Source: Naegleria gruberi (Eukaryota). From it: 64,000 nt of DNA. The stretch lies in the NCBI GenBank assembly GCA_000004985.1, contig GG738861.1; one strand, 5' to 3'. Made by a program: the position numbers and the translations under genes. Numbering within the stretch: the first letter of the stretch is position 1; the number at the start of each line of letters is the position of its first letter. The notes under the pieces are model-generated. The model did no database searches. It was given only the letters and a program-made list of their open reading frames with translations, and was not told the DNA's origin. Below are positions 55,066 through 64,000 of this stretch, in pieces.

Positions 55066-56751
55066 TTATTTTACTTTTTTGTTTTTTTTCAAATCAGAAA
55101 CAATTGATTTGATATGTTCTTTCAAATCAAATTCCAATGTTTGGAAACTCTTGATTCCTGTATCATAACTAATCTCAGCAACATATGATGAAAGTGGAAA
55201 CTTCCTAATATAGTCTCTTAATAAGAAAGCAAGTGGATTGGCTGGAATACTTTCAACGTTATGAACGAATAGAAACAATGTAGGTTGTGGAACTGGTAAT
55301 TTCCTTTCAAATTCTTTCCAATCAACAAACGAAATGTCTTCCTCCAATCTTCTAATTCCAACATTTTTCATTACAATATTCATGTCATACTTTTCTCCCA
55401 TATTGCTAGTAAATTGAACATTTGGAATAATATCTCCTAAAAATTCCAATAACTCTTCTTGATTGTCATGATTGTGTCCTTGTCCGAAAATGGAAATTTT
55501 GGCATTGATTACAAAATCAAGTTTTGAATCTCTTTGAGGTTTGGCATCTGCTAAGATATTTCCCTGCTGAGAATTAGTACCAGATTGGCTACATTGGCAT
55601 TTTCTTATCAATGGAGCAACAGGTTTTTCCACATATCTAATGGTGCTTTCTGAAGGAATCACTCTGAATAACACAATTGCTATTAAGGCAACAAGAATAC
55701 AAAAGAACCACATTATTCTATTGGTAAATTTGGAAAAATTATCCTTGGATTCTTGTAATTGTTTCCTGATTTCTGCAATGGCTTTGAGATTTTCATCAAT
55801 GTTATTGAACTTTTCTTTTGAGTTCTCAACAAGAGTCTTAACACTTTCTATTTCGGTTGATAAAGATTCTGAACTATTATTCAATGCTTGTTGTGATTCT
55901 AATGCTTTAGTCTCGATATCATTAGAAATCTTTAGAATCTGTTTCTCCAAGTTCAATGCTGAATTCTCAATCTTGTCAGAAATTTCTCTTTTAACCTCAT
56001 TTGCAATCAATTCTTGATTATCTTTAAATTCTTTCGATTGTCTAACCAACTTGTCTTGTAATTGATCTTCTAACTTGGAAACATGCTGTAAAATAACATC
56101 TTCAGAAGCTTGAATCTTTCCCGTAAACTTGTTTGATAGAGAGCTCTCTATATTTTCAATTTCCTTCTTCAAATTATTTTCTACATCTTTCACATTTGTA
56201 GAAATTTGAATTTGTTCTTGTTCAATTTTCTGTTTCAACCCATCAAATGCCACACTGACATGCTCCATGACAGCATGTTCTGATTTTTCCATCTTTTCAT
56301 CAACTCTTCTCTCCAGTTTTTCCTTTTCATGTTGCAGTTCATCAAATGATGGATATTGATCTTCCAATTGGTCAACTTGGTCTTTAAGAGATTCAATCTG
56401 TTCTGAGCGAGCAATGCACAGTTCAACTTTCGAATTCAGTTTTTGATAATTTTCCTCCAACAAGGTTGAAGAAGGAGATTGGTTAGTTTCCTCTTCAACG
56501 TTGTTAGATGAACTTGATTCAACTGGTTTAGTTTCGGTTTCTTCTTCAGAATACTCTACTCTTTCGAATGAATCTTCTTTGATTGGTGAGTCTGCAGATT
56601 GTGAATCTTGATTGGAATTAGCTTGCACCATTTTTTTTATAGTTTCTAAACGTGATTTACCCACTTGCATAATGACATGTTGTTTTGGCAGATGACAAAT
56701 TGATTGATCATCACGTTTGAGTTCATGTAAAATTGGAGCTTGATTAAACAT
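55066..56751 (-). CDS. coiled-coil membrane protein
   Basis: The listed start GTG is at 56763; first ATG is at about 56751 (MFNQAPILHEL). About 250 aa of heptad-rich coiled coil, one TM (IMWFFCILVALIAIVLF), then a C-terminal globular domain. Confidence 0.5.
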   Translation of the reverse strand: MFNQAPILHELKRDDQSICHLPKQHVIMQVGKSRLETIKKMVQANSNQDSQSADSPIKEDSFERVEYSEEETETKPVESSSSNNVEEETNQSPSSTLLEENYQKLNSKVELCIARSEQIESLKDQVDQLEDQYPSFDELQHEKEKLERRVDEKMEKSEHAVMEHVSVAFDGLKQKIEQEQIQISTNVKDVENNLKKEIENIESSLSNKFTGKIQASEDVILQHVSKLEDQLQDKLVRQSKEFKDNQELIANEVKREISDKIENSALNLEKQILKISNDIETKALESQQALNNSSESLSTEIESVKTLVENSKEKFNNIDENLKAIAEIRKQLQESKDNFSKFTNRIMWFFCILVALIAIVLFRVIPSESTIRYVEKPVAPLIRKCQCSQSGTNSQQGNILADAKPQRDSKLDFVINAKISIFGQGHNHDNQEELLEFLGDIIPNVQFTSNMGEKYDMNIVMKNVGIRRLEEDISFVDWKEFERKLPVPQPTLFLFVHNVESIPANPLAFLLRDYIRKFPLSSYVAEISYDTGIKSFQTLEFDLKEHIKSIVSDLKKNKKVK

Positions 56752-56776
56752 CACGTTTACCACACACTTTAAAAAA

Positions 56777-58312
56777 ATGGAACCTAAACATCTTGGACAT
56801 ATTGCCTTCTTGTTTATTTTCAGTGGTTTGCTTGTATGGCTTGTATTTTATTCGAAACTATTAGCCAGAGTGCCAGACGACCTTTCCTGTTTGAAAATAC
56901 ACGACTATCACATCAAGAGAGAAAAGTACTTATTGTCATCTCCATTAAAAGTTGGATTTAAACTTCATTCATCAGGTTGCATCACAGAATATACGCACAG
57001 CAATTGTCTTGTCATTCTTTCACAAACTAAACATTCGAATGGAACTAGTTCAGATTATTATTTGAAATCTCAACAAGGAATTACAATTACAAAGAAATCA
57101 ATTCAAAATAATGAATTCCAAATAGAAATTACTCCAGTTCATCATGACCATTCAAATGTCGATAAATTACCAAAACAATTGAACTTGGATTTGACATGTA
57201 ATTCCAAAAATATTGAAAGTGTAACTATTCCTCTATCCACACAAATATTTTCCGAGCAAGTATTCAAAGCATATAGAAAGAATAATCCAGAACTCAATCA
57301 TGTTAACATTCTAATTGCTGGAAATGTTGGATCTGGTAAAAGTACTCTTGTCAACTCGTTCTATACTTGTGTGACAGATCGTGTCAAGTTTACAGTTCCT
57401 GCTCTAGTCAATAACAATCACACCACAATTGAACTAAACAAATTGAGATTGAATGTGATGGATTATTCAACAGATAGTTCAATTACTTCGAATATTACCA
57501 TTCTGGACACTGTCGGCATTACAAAATATAATTACAATTCGAAAGAGGCAATTGAATTGATTTTATCAGGTGAAAATCCGAATATTTACCTTGAAGGAAA
57601 TATTAAGAGATCAGAAATTGATATCAAGCTTCTTGAGGAAAGACTGCGAGAGTTGGCAATTGTATTCGAATTGAAAACTATGAGTACTGAAGAGGAATAT
57701 TTGTTAAATCTCTTTTTTGCACACAATACGCCAGAACATCAACAAAAGTTACAGAACTATGTCAAGAATAATGATTGGAATTCGTATATTGAAAAGAGAA
57801 AGAAAGAAATTAAATTTAAAAAGGATAATTTGGATAAGTTGGCTGATTTGGAGCTTGAATATAATACCAAAGATGCAATTGTTAAACAAAATAAGGTTTT
57901 ACTAAATACAGAAAAGGAAAAATTTGAAAAAGGACTTGCCAACAAGAAGATGGACAATAAGATTAACAATAAGGTTCATGCTATTGTCCTGCTCGTTTCT
58001 CAACCATCAATAGATTCAGATCATTTACTTCAGGATAGTATTAAGAATTTCATTAAGGAAATTTCCATTCATGGAATTTATCCCATTATTGGTGTGACTC
58101 ATCTCTCAACCAATAATGAAAGTATAGTTATTGAAACTGTTAAGAAATCTTTAGGATTTGATGCCAACAATATATTCCTTGTACCATTCAATACCAATAA
58201 GGAGAAGAATTTTGAAGTTGACAAGAAAATACTATCTCTCTTACTTGAAGCAATCACAAGAGGCAACGATTTTAAAGAACAACGAAGAAGTCAAGTTAAA
58301 GATGAATTGTAA
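56777..58312 (+). CDS. membrane-anchored TRAFAC-class P-loop GTPase (AIG1/IIGP-like) with C-terminal coiled coil
   Basis: N-terminal TM (IAFLFIFSGLLVWLVFY). G1 GNVGSGKSTLVNSF. G3 ILDTVGI. Conserved blocks follow (HAIVLLVSQ, PIIGVTHLS). Lys/Glu-rich coiled coil between G3 and the C-terminus. Confidence 0.55.
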   Translation: MEPKHLGHIAFLFIFSGLLVWLVFYSKLLARVPDDLSCLKIHDYHIKREKYLLSSPLKVGFKLHSSGCITEYTHSNCLVILSQTKHSNGTSSDYYLKSQQGITITKKSIQNNEFQIEITPVHHDHSNVDKLPKQLNLDLTCNSKNIESVTIPLSTQIFSEQVFKAYRKNNPELNHVNILIAGNVGSGKSTLVNSFYTCVTDRVKFTVPALVNNNHTTIELNKLRLNVMDYSTDSSITSNITILDTVGITKYNYNSKEAIELILSGENPNIYLEGNIKRSEIDIKLLEERLRELAIVFELKTMSTEEEYLLNLFFAHNTPEHQQKLQNYVKNNDWNSYIEKRKKEIKFKKDNLDKLADLELEYNTKDAIVKQNKVLLNTEKEKFEKGLANKKMDNKINNKVHAIVLLVSQPSIDSDHLLQDSIKNFIKEISIHGIYPIIGVTHLSTNNESIVIETVKKSLGFDANNIFLVPFNTNKEKNFEVDKKILSLLLEAITRGNDFKEQRRSQVKDEL

Positions 58313-58344
58313 TCAAAAGAATTTACAGTTTACAATTAAAAAAA

Positions 58345-58974
58345 ATGCAAGAATTTGATCAAACACAATTTTTCATCATTTCATCAAAAACTAAATTAAT
58401 TTCCTTGAAAAATTCAATTAACCTCGGAGAGAGCATTAAAATTGAAAATGTAAATTGTTTGGAGTTTTGTAATTGCCTCTCCGTTCATTCCGATGATCAT
58501 CAAATTGATGAGAAAAATTCAATCGTAAAATGTTGGAATTTATTTAATAATAATTTACAAATGGAAATCTTACTGGCTAACAAATCGTTATGGTGTTGCA
58601 ACTATGTGATTGGATTGAATGAGAATTTTATTAGAATTGACAAACAACTCACCCAAGTGAGTAGTGATGAGAGGGAGGAGGAATCCTTGCTTGTTAATTC
58701 AACCCGTATTGAATCTGGCCACTCAATACTGTGTCAAGATGGATTGGAGTATGCAGAGTGTGCTGGTGAACTAAGATTGAAGTATTTGGGGAAGGAATCA
58801 AATCATGCTTTATTTGAAATTGTATCAATTAATTTACAGAGCTCTTTCTTTGCATTTCCTGATGAGAGATTTCTAAAAGCATGGGAACGATTCAATATTG
58901 ATGGAAAGAGACTATACAAGACTAATTATTGGGAAATGAAAGGAAGAGCAGAGAAACATAAATATTTGAAATGA
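58345..58974 (+). CDS. hypothetical protein
   Basis: 209 aa ORF with an aaaaaaATG context. No recognisable motif. Confidence 0.4.
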   Translation: MQEFDQTQFFIISSKTKLISLKNSINLGESIKIENVNCLEFCNCLSVHSDDHQIDEKNSIVKCWNLFNNNLQMEILLANKSLWCCNYVIGLNENFIRIDKQLTQVSSDEREEESLLVNSTRIESGHSILCQDGLEYAECAGELRLKYLGKESNHALFEIVSINLQSSFFAFPDERFLKAWERFNIDGKRLYKTNYWEMKGRAEKHKYLK

Positions 58975-58975
58975 A

Positions 58976-60232
58976 TTATTGTGGACTACCTTCAACAAAT
59001 TTGTGATTCTTCCAATCACTGACCATATTATGAATGACACTCAAAATTTGCATCTTGTAATCGTTGGATGAATCTTCAATTTCCATTTTAGAGAATTTAT
59101 CACTATTGAGAACACATGGCTTCCAAATTCCATCAACACCACTTCTTACAGCGTAAATACCTTCTCCACACTTGTCTGCAAATCTACATCCATTACAATA
59201 ATCAGTCATTAATCTTCCTCTGCCAATATTCTTGATTTCAACTTTGTGATCTGAGGCATCATTGGTTTTGTAAATATTGACACGACCTCCAAAACCTTCA
59301 CGAGTTCCACAAACTTGTACACCATTATTTTCCATCAAATCTTCCAACCACTTTGGATTTGTCCATGATTTTTCTTCATCTGGATTACAATATTGAGATT
59401 TATCCAAATTAGATCTAATAAGGGAAATTACTTTCAAATCAATCTTATTAGGAAGAGCAAATTTCAAAACATTTTCAAATTCATCCTTATTGTAATCTCC
59501 CAAACTATAATTAATTTGAACTCTATAGCCATGCTCTTTCAATAGGACCATATTTTTCATTACTTGTTCAGCACCTGCATTAATTCCAAGATATTTCTTG
59601 AAATCAGATTCTCTAGTTGTGTGCAATGAGGCATAAATTGCATCAACTTGTGGAACTTTAGGCGCTCTCAACAATCTCTCAGCAAGAAGCACATTTGAAT
59701 TGAGAACAACTATTTCCAAAACAGTTCATGATAATTACATTTTCACACAAAACAATTTGTACATACCTCTAGTATTCTTCTTATCAATTGATTTTAACAC
59801 ATCAACAATATCCTTTCTCACCAATGGTTCTCCTCCTGTAATATTCAATTGAGTACCACCAAGATCACAAAAATCATTCATCATTCTAACCAATTCTCCA
59901 ACCGGAAATGGTTCCTTTCCTTGTTTTTTAATTGGTGTTTTATCACCCAATGAACGTGGATTTTCCATTCCTTCATTATGACAGAAAAAACAGTTCATAT
60001 TACAAGTATTCACAACAGCCACTCTAAACTTGGCATTCAACTTGTTGTAAATTTCAAAGGAATCCAAATATTCTTGTGGATATTTACCAACATGTTTATT
60101 ATTGGTACTATTAGTGGAATATGACATTGTATTATTGAATTGATGAGATAGAACAGCTGATGTAGCTGAGGAGGATGCCGATCTATGCAAAGATGCAGCT
60201 GCTGATGCGAAATTACAAATAGCTCTCTTCAT
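58976..60232 (-). CDS. radical SAM enzyme, MoaA/MOCS1A-like (molybdenum cofactor biosynthesis protein A family); 2 exons with 57-nt GTATGT...AATAG intron (about 59766..59710)
   Basis: CNMNCFFCHN is the CxxxCxxC radical-SAM cluster. GGEPLVRKDIVDVL glycine-rich motif. Presequence-like N-terminus. Exon 2 (in frame: …NTRG|VLNSNVLLAERLL…) carries a C-terminal Cys cluster CNGCRFADKCGEG...C resembling the MoaA auxiliary-cluster region. The family assignment is moderately confident; exact function is not. Confidence 0.6.
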
Positions 60233-60484
60233 TGTTGTGAATATTTTTTTTGGTTGATGTTGAAATGCTTTCTAGCTCAAACTTTTATTTGGTAGTTGTT
60301 GCGAAGTTCTGTGATCATACAAGTAGGTCATTTTGTAAACAAAATAATTTTGATTGAGGCCTTGCTTGAGCAATGCAGAGTTGAAGTGTGAACATTTATT
60401 AATTTGTCGTAGTATTGTAATAGTTTAATAGTTTAATAGTATTAAATTGTACATATTTATTACAATTTAAATATTCAAAAAAAA

Positions 60485-60925
60485 ATGGGAAGAACCAAGC
60501 AAAGAGCCCGCAAAAACATGGGAAAAGGATGGTCCCAGAAACTCAAAGAGAAGGAACTAGCTGCTAAGGGTGGTGGCGGTGCAAGTAATAATAATACAAC
60601 TGAAGAAGAAGTTCAACCATCATCATCGGAACAACAATTAAATAATAATAATATTAATAATAATAATACATCATCAACACCTCAACAACATGATGTTGAT
60701 AATAAGAAGAAGAGAAAGGGAACAGAAAACAAGAAACAAAATAAGCAGAAGAAGAAAAAGATGGACGCCAAAAAGCAAGATCTTAAAAAGGAAAATAAAG
60801 CAGCTGATGAGAAGAAGGAAGTAAAGGAAGTAAAGGAAGATGGAGAACAGGTTGAAATTAAAACAACAAGTACAGATGGAAAAACTAAGGATGAAGAAAA
60901 ACAAGAACCTGAAAGTACAGAGTAA
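60485..60925 (+). CDS. lysine-rich low-complexity protein (nucleolar-type)
   Basis: 146 aa. ATG in an aaaaaaaATG context. K/E-rich with an Asn run. Confidence 0.45.
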   Translation: MGRTKQRARKNMGKGWSQKLKEKELAAKGGGGASNNNTTEEEVQPSSSEQQLNNNNINNNNTSSTPQQHDVDNKKKRKGTENKKQNKQKKKKMDAKKQDLKKENKAADEKKEVKEVKEDGEQVEIKTTSTDGKTKDEEKQEPESTE

Positions 60926-61085
60926 ATATTAAAGAAAGAATTATCATCGGAATTTGAATTTGATATTTTGAATGTTGGAATTTAATCTTCAAGTTTTAAA
61001 CACATCATGAGTTATTTACAATGAACTAGATATTAATAAGATATCTGAGGAAAAGAGAATGTTAACTATGTGAAATTGGAAATAT

Positions 61086-62267
61086 TTAATCATCTTTTTT
61101 ACAACATTTGATTTTTTGTGTAATTTCATGATATTTCAACAGAATCCATTGAATAATTCTCTCTCCTTGATATTTAATACTAAAACATAGAGAATCTGGA
61201 CATGATTGCCAAATGACCAAAGCACCAATGAAATAGAAAACAAAGGCAAAACTCAAAATCATGGAAATGTAAAAATTATCCAACTCTCTCACATATCCCT
61301 TCAATGAAATTGACTTTTCAAACATGTTATTATAGTGAGCAATTTCATGAACATAGAGCAATTCATTGAGATATCTCAAAAATGATAAATAAGGTAAAAA
61401 TGGAAATGGTAATGGCATTCCAGAAAGTTCTGGAAGTGAAGGAGTCAAACCAGCAAACATGTAATTAATAAAAATAAATACTACACAAGTAATTTGTGCA
61501 ACACTTTCACTTAATAGAGTTGAAATGATATATCCAATTGGAAATGTTGTAAACATTGCTAAAAATGTAAATGAAAAATAGAATCCAAATGTTTCTCTTG
61601 GTTTTACAATGAAATAAAAAGCCAATGTAAAGAATAAAGCATCAAGTACAATGTAAATCAATGAATAGATGCATTTGGTAAAATAATATACCATGGTGTT
61701 AATTCCACTTTCAATTTCCCTTTTTCGGAAATTAACTTTCTCAGCACCAAATATTTTCAATGAACTCATAATTGATGTCAAGCTCATGGCCAAAACAAGA
61801 GTTCCAGTAAATCCTGTAATACTATCAACATTTGGTTGTCCACAAATTTCTTTCATTTGAGATGGACATGAATCGTATATGGATTTAGAACTTTGTCCTT
61901 GGAAAACTAAATTTCCAGAAAATAAAGCAGCAATAATGAAACCACCAATAGCATTTAAAATTAAATCACCCAATAAGGTAGTCAATTGGTGAATAGTTTG
62001 TAAGAAACATCTCAATAAACATGCAACAGCTTGAACATAGAATGGCACATGACGTATTACAATATTGCTATTACTGTTTCCAATATTAGTAGTAAAGCTA
62101 TTACTAGAATTAGCAGCAATATCACTGGTAGCTAAAAGTTCTTGTTGTGATTGACTGCCATTAGTTATTGCCATCACATTCGAAAGTGAACAAATAAAAT
62201 TATACTTATTATTCGACATACCATCCACTAAAAATAGAAAATTAAATTCCAAATAGGAAATTTCCAT
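61086..62267 (-). CDS. ABC-2 type (ABCG-family) transmembrane domain protein lacking a nucleotide-binding domain
   Basis: Six-helix ABC-2 TMD (RHVPFYVQAVACLLRCFLQTIHQ…, typical ABCG TMD entry). No Walker A/B or LSGGQ signature in any frame between 62268 and 62301 or within the ORF. Confidence 0.55.
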   Translation of the reverse strand: MEISYLEFNFLFLVDGMSNNKYNFICSLSNVMAITNGSQSQQELLATSDIAANSSNSFTTNIGNSNSNIVIRHVPFYVQAVACLLRCFLQTIHQLTTLLGDLILNAIGGFIIAALFSGNLVFQGQSSKSIYDSCPSQMKEICGQPNVDSITGFTGTLVLAMSLTSIMSSLKIFGAEKVNFRKREIESGINTMVYYFTKCIYSLIYIVLDALFFTLAFYFIVKPRETFGFYFSFTFLAMFTTFPIGYIISTLLSESVAQITCVVFIFINYMFAGLTPSLPELSGMPLPFPFLPYLSFLRYLNELLYVHEIAHYNNMFEKSISLKGYVRELDNFYISMILSFAFVFYFIGALVIWQSCPDSLCFSIKYQGERIIQWILLKYHEITQKIKCCKKDD

Positions 62268-62301
62268 AAATGTAAAATTAAAAAATAATTTTGTTTAATT
62301 C

Positions 62302-63453
62302 TTACCTCTTTCCCATGACTGCAGTAAATGATTTTGCAGGAATAAAACCTGAAACATTTTTCAATAATGTTCTTTTTGGTCCACTCACTTTAAGATTTTT
62401 AAAAACAATATTAACACCTGAAGGTTTTTCAGACTTTCCAAAATAGGTAACTATGGAAAGCCAAGAAAATAAAAATTCCTGATAATTCACTGGATCAAAA
62501 TTAGAAATTGATTCATGAATATAAAAACAAGCCACACAACATATAATAATCTGCACCACTGTAATCCAAAATATTTTTAACATGTCATTTAAAATTGAAG
62601 TTTGAGAATCGTCGACAAGTAAGTGAAATAGTCCACTAATATTCTTGACAGATTCAAAATTTGATGTTTTAATTCTAATGGCAATAGTATAAGTTTGATT
62701 AAATATTTGACTAGTATTAGTACTAGTTGTTGTGAGGGTAGTGTTTGTAATAGTTAATGTTCCATTATTGGTAGTATTATTTCCATTTTTGGTATTATTT
62801 AAAATAATTGTTTGATTATATTGAGTAATAATTGTTTGATTATTTCTAAAATCATTACTAGTCAACCGCCATTGTTTTGTAAAAAATCCTGAATAAGTTT
62901 TTTCCACATTTGTAACATCTGGTGTATAATAATCCAAACTTCCATTTATAGATTGATTATATTGCTGAAATAATGAATAATCCTTGAAAAATATTAAATT
63001 AGTTTCCACATTCATTGCATATAAAAATAGCAATACATTTGAATCACTTGGTTTCGTCTTGTTTATCACAGTTTCTAATACATTCGTCTTGTTTCTATCC
63101 AATGGATTAATTCTCACTTGTTTAAACCAAAAATTTCTAGTAGAATTATTGGTAATATCAGAAAAGGAAACACTTTCGATATTTCTAGAAAATTCCCTAA
63201 CTTTTTCCATTGAAACATTAATAATAATTAGAGAGGCAATTAAATTAAATGTGAAAAAGAAAAGAACGAGAATTGTGAGAAACCAAAATGATTTCACAAT
63301 TGTTAGAAACCAGTATGAATTATTCGAAACTACTTTCTGGAAGAGAACTTTTCTATTTTGAAAAATGGCATTGATGATGGCTAGCAGTGGTGCAATCAGT
63401 GCACATGTGAAGAAAATAACGAGGGAGATGGAGGTTAGTGCATCCCACAACAT
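62302..63453 (-). CDS. ABCG/PDR-like transporter remnant: membrane helices plus large N/T-rich extracellular loop, ending with the first about 35 residues of a nucleotide-binding domain
   Basis: TM helices, then a ~230 aa Asn/Thr-rich loop. The segment VNIVFKNLKVSGPKRTLLKNVSGFIPAKSFTAVMG aligns with the PDR NBD2 entry (…[29 protein letters not shown]). It stops at the position where Walker A should begin (…AVMGKR*), followed by a GTAAGA donor. Confidence 0.5.
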   Translation of the reverse strand: MLWDALTSISLVIFFTCALIAPLLAIINAIFQNRKVLFQKVVSNNSYWFLTIVKSFWFLTILVLFFFTFNLIASLIIINVSMEKVREFSRNIESVSFSDITNNSTRNFWFKQVRINPLDRNKTNVLETVINKTKPSDSNVLLFLYAMNVETNLIFFKDYSLFQQYNQSINGSLDYYTPDVTNVEKTYSGFFTKQWRLTSNDFRNNQTIITQYNQTIILNNTKNGNNTTNNGTLTITNTTLTTTSTNTSQIFNQTYTIAIRIKTSNFESVKNISGLFHLLVDDSQTSILNDMLKIFWITVVQIIICCVACFYIHESISNFDPVNYQEFLFSWLSIVTYFGKSEKPSGVNIVFKNLKVSGPKRTLLKNVSGFIPAKSFTAVMGKR

Positions 63454-64000
63454 GTTGTTTCGAATAGAGAGTGAAGAGTGCGTTTTTTTTAATGATGATA
63501 TGTATTAAAATTAATTGGTGCAATGTTTAGTTGACACCTTCTTGTTGTTAACTGTTGATACTATCACGTTTTAAATTGGTGCACAAACAGATTCTTATTC
63601 GAATGTCAATATCAAAAAGGCCAGTTTCTAATAAAAATATGAAGAAATTATTGAACCGTTCAATGTTATTTTGTATACTAGTTCTAAATGTATCAAGAAA
63701 TCAAAATGTGAAAAGGCATGTCAATTTAAAGATGCAACACTTCAGGTAAAAACGTGATCACAATAATATCACGTTTTGATTTCCAACAACAACAGTAACT
63801 GCATCATCAATATTGAACACAAAGACCAACAAGAAGAAGGTGTCAACCTAACTTTCAAAATGTTATTCTAAACAATATTCGAACATGTCACTATTAGTGT
63901 TCATATCAATATTATAAAAAAAAAATGACATATTACTATCAATCAAATTCCAAGCGGTGTGGTACCATCCTAGCCGTTCTCTTTGTCCTCTCCATTTATG

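Noticed and set aside
1-64000. CRISPR arrays, restriction-modification, toxin-antitoxin or other prokaryotic defence islands
   Set aside because: The window is eukaryotic (spliceosomal introns, snRNP SmB, XPG, tRNA with eukaryotic features). No direct-repeat/spacer architecture is present.
1-64000. Transposons or retroelements
   Set aside because: No reverse transcriptase, integrase or transposase-like ORF. No LTRs or terminal inverted repeats were seen. The only duplicated DNA is the local TPR-gene fragment and the tandem membrane-gene pair.

Overview
This 64 kb window is eukaryotic, gene-dense (about 38 protein-coding genes and 1 tRNA), AT-rich and intron-poor. It carries no prokaryotic defence system, CRISPR array or recognisable mobile element.

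Organism call. Several hallmarks point to a microbial eukaryote, most likely an early-diverging, AT-rich fungus; an amoebozoan (dictyostelid-like) origin is not excluded.
- A Zn2Cys6 binuclear-cluster transcription factor is present.
- Eight short introns of about 39-125 nt are supported, all GT...AG with GTAAGT, GTATGT, GTGAGT or GTTTGT donors.
- Many genes use an AAAAAATG start context.
- An ornithine decarboxylase with an N-terminal extension and a 3-exon FAD2-type delta-12 desaturase are present.
- Intergenic spacers are often under 100 nt.

Confidently recognised genes: XPG/RAD2 nuclease, SmB snRNP core protein, tRNA-Glu(UUC), BTB/POZ protein, an RRM protein with RD/RGG repeats, AADAC-like alpha/beta-hydrolase, EF-hand protein, G8-domain beta-helix surface protein, ornithine decarboxylase, a Zn2Cys6 regulator, F-box/LRR protein, a P-loop GTPase and an ABCG/PDR-like transporter remnant. 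Tentatively assigned genes: an ELM2-SANT-like protein, a MoaA-like radical-SAM enzyme and a possible TIPIN/Csm3-like protein.

Most interesting observations:
- An ABCG/PDR-derived locus that keeps the first residues of a nucleotide-binding domain (up to the Walker A position) and a complete ABC-2 membrane domain, but lacks the ATPase core.
- A tandem-duplicated two-exon multi-pass membrane gene flanking an esterase gene.
- A degenerate ~240 bp copy of an internal segment of a TPR gene lying 1.1 kb upstream of that gene.
- A protein-kinase C-lobe-only gene fragment.
- Head-to-head and tail-to-head gene pairs whose start/stop codons are 0-90 nt apart.
- A long minus-strand ORF (1..1583) absent from the supplied ORF track.

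Many listed ORF starts use alternative codons (TTG/GTG); the first in-frame ATG is given where it could be identified. Intron coordinates were derived by eye and may be off by 1-2 nt.
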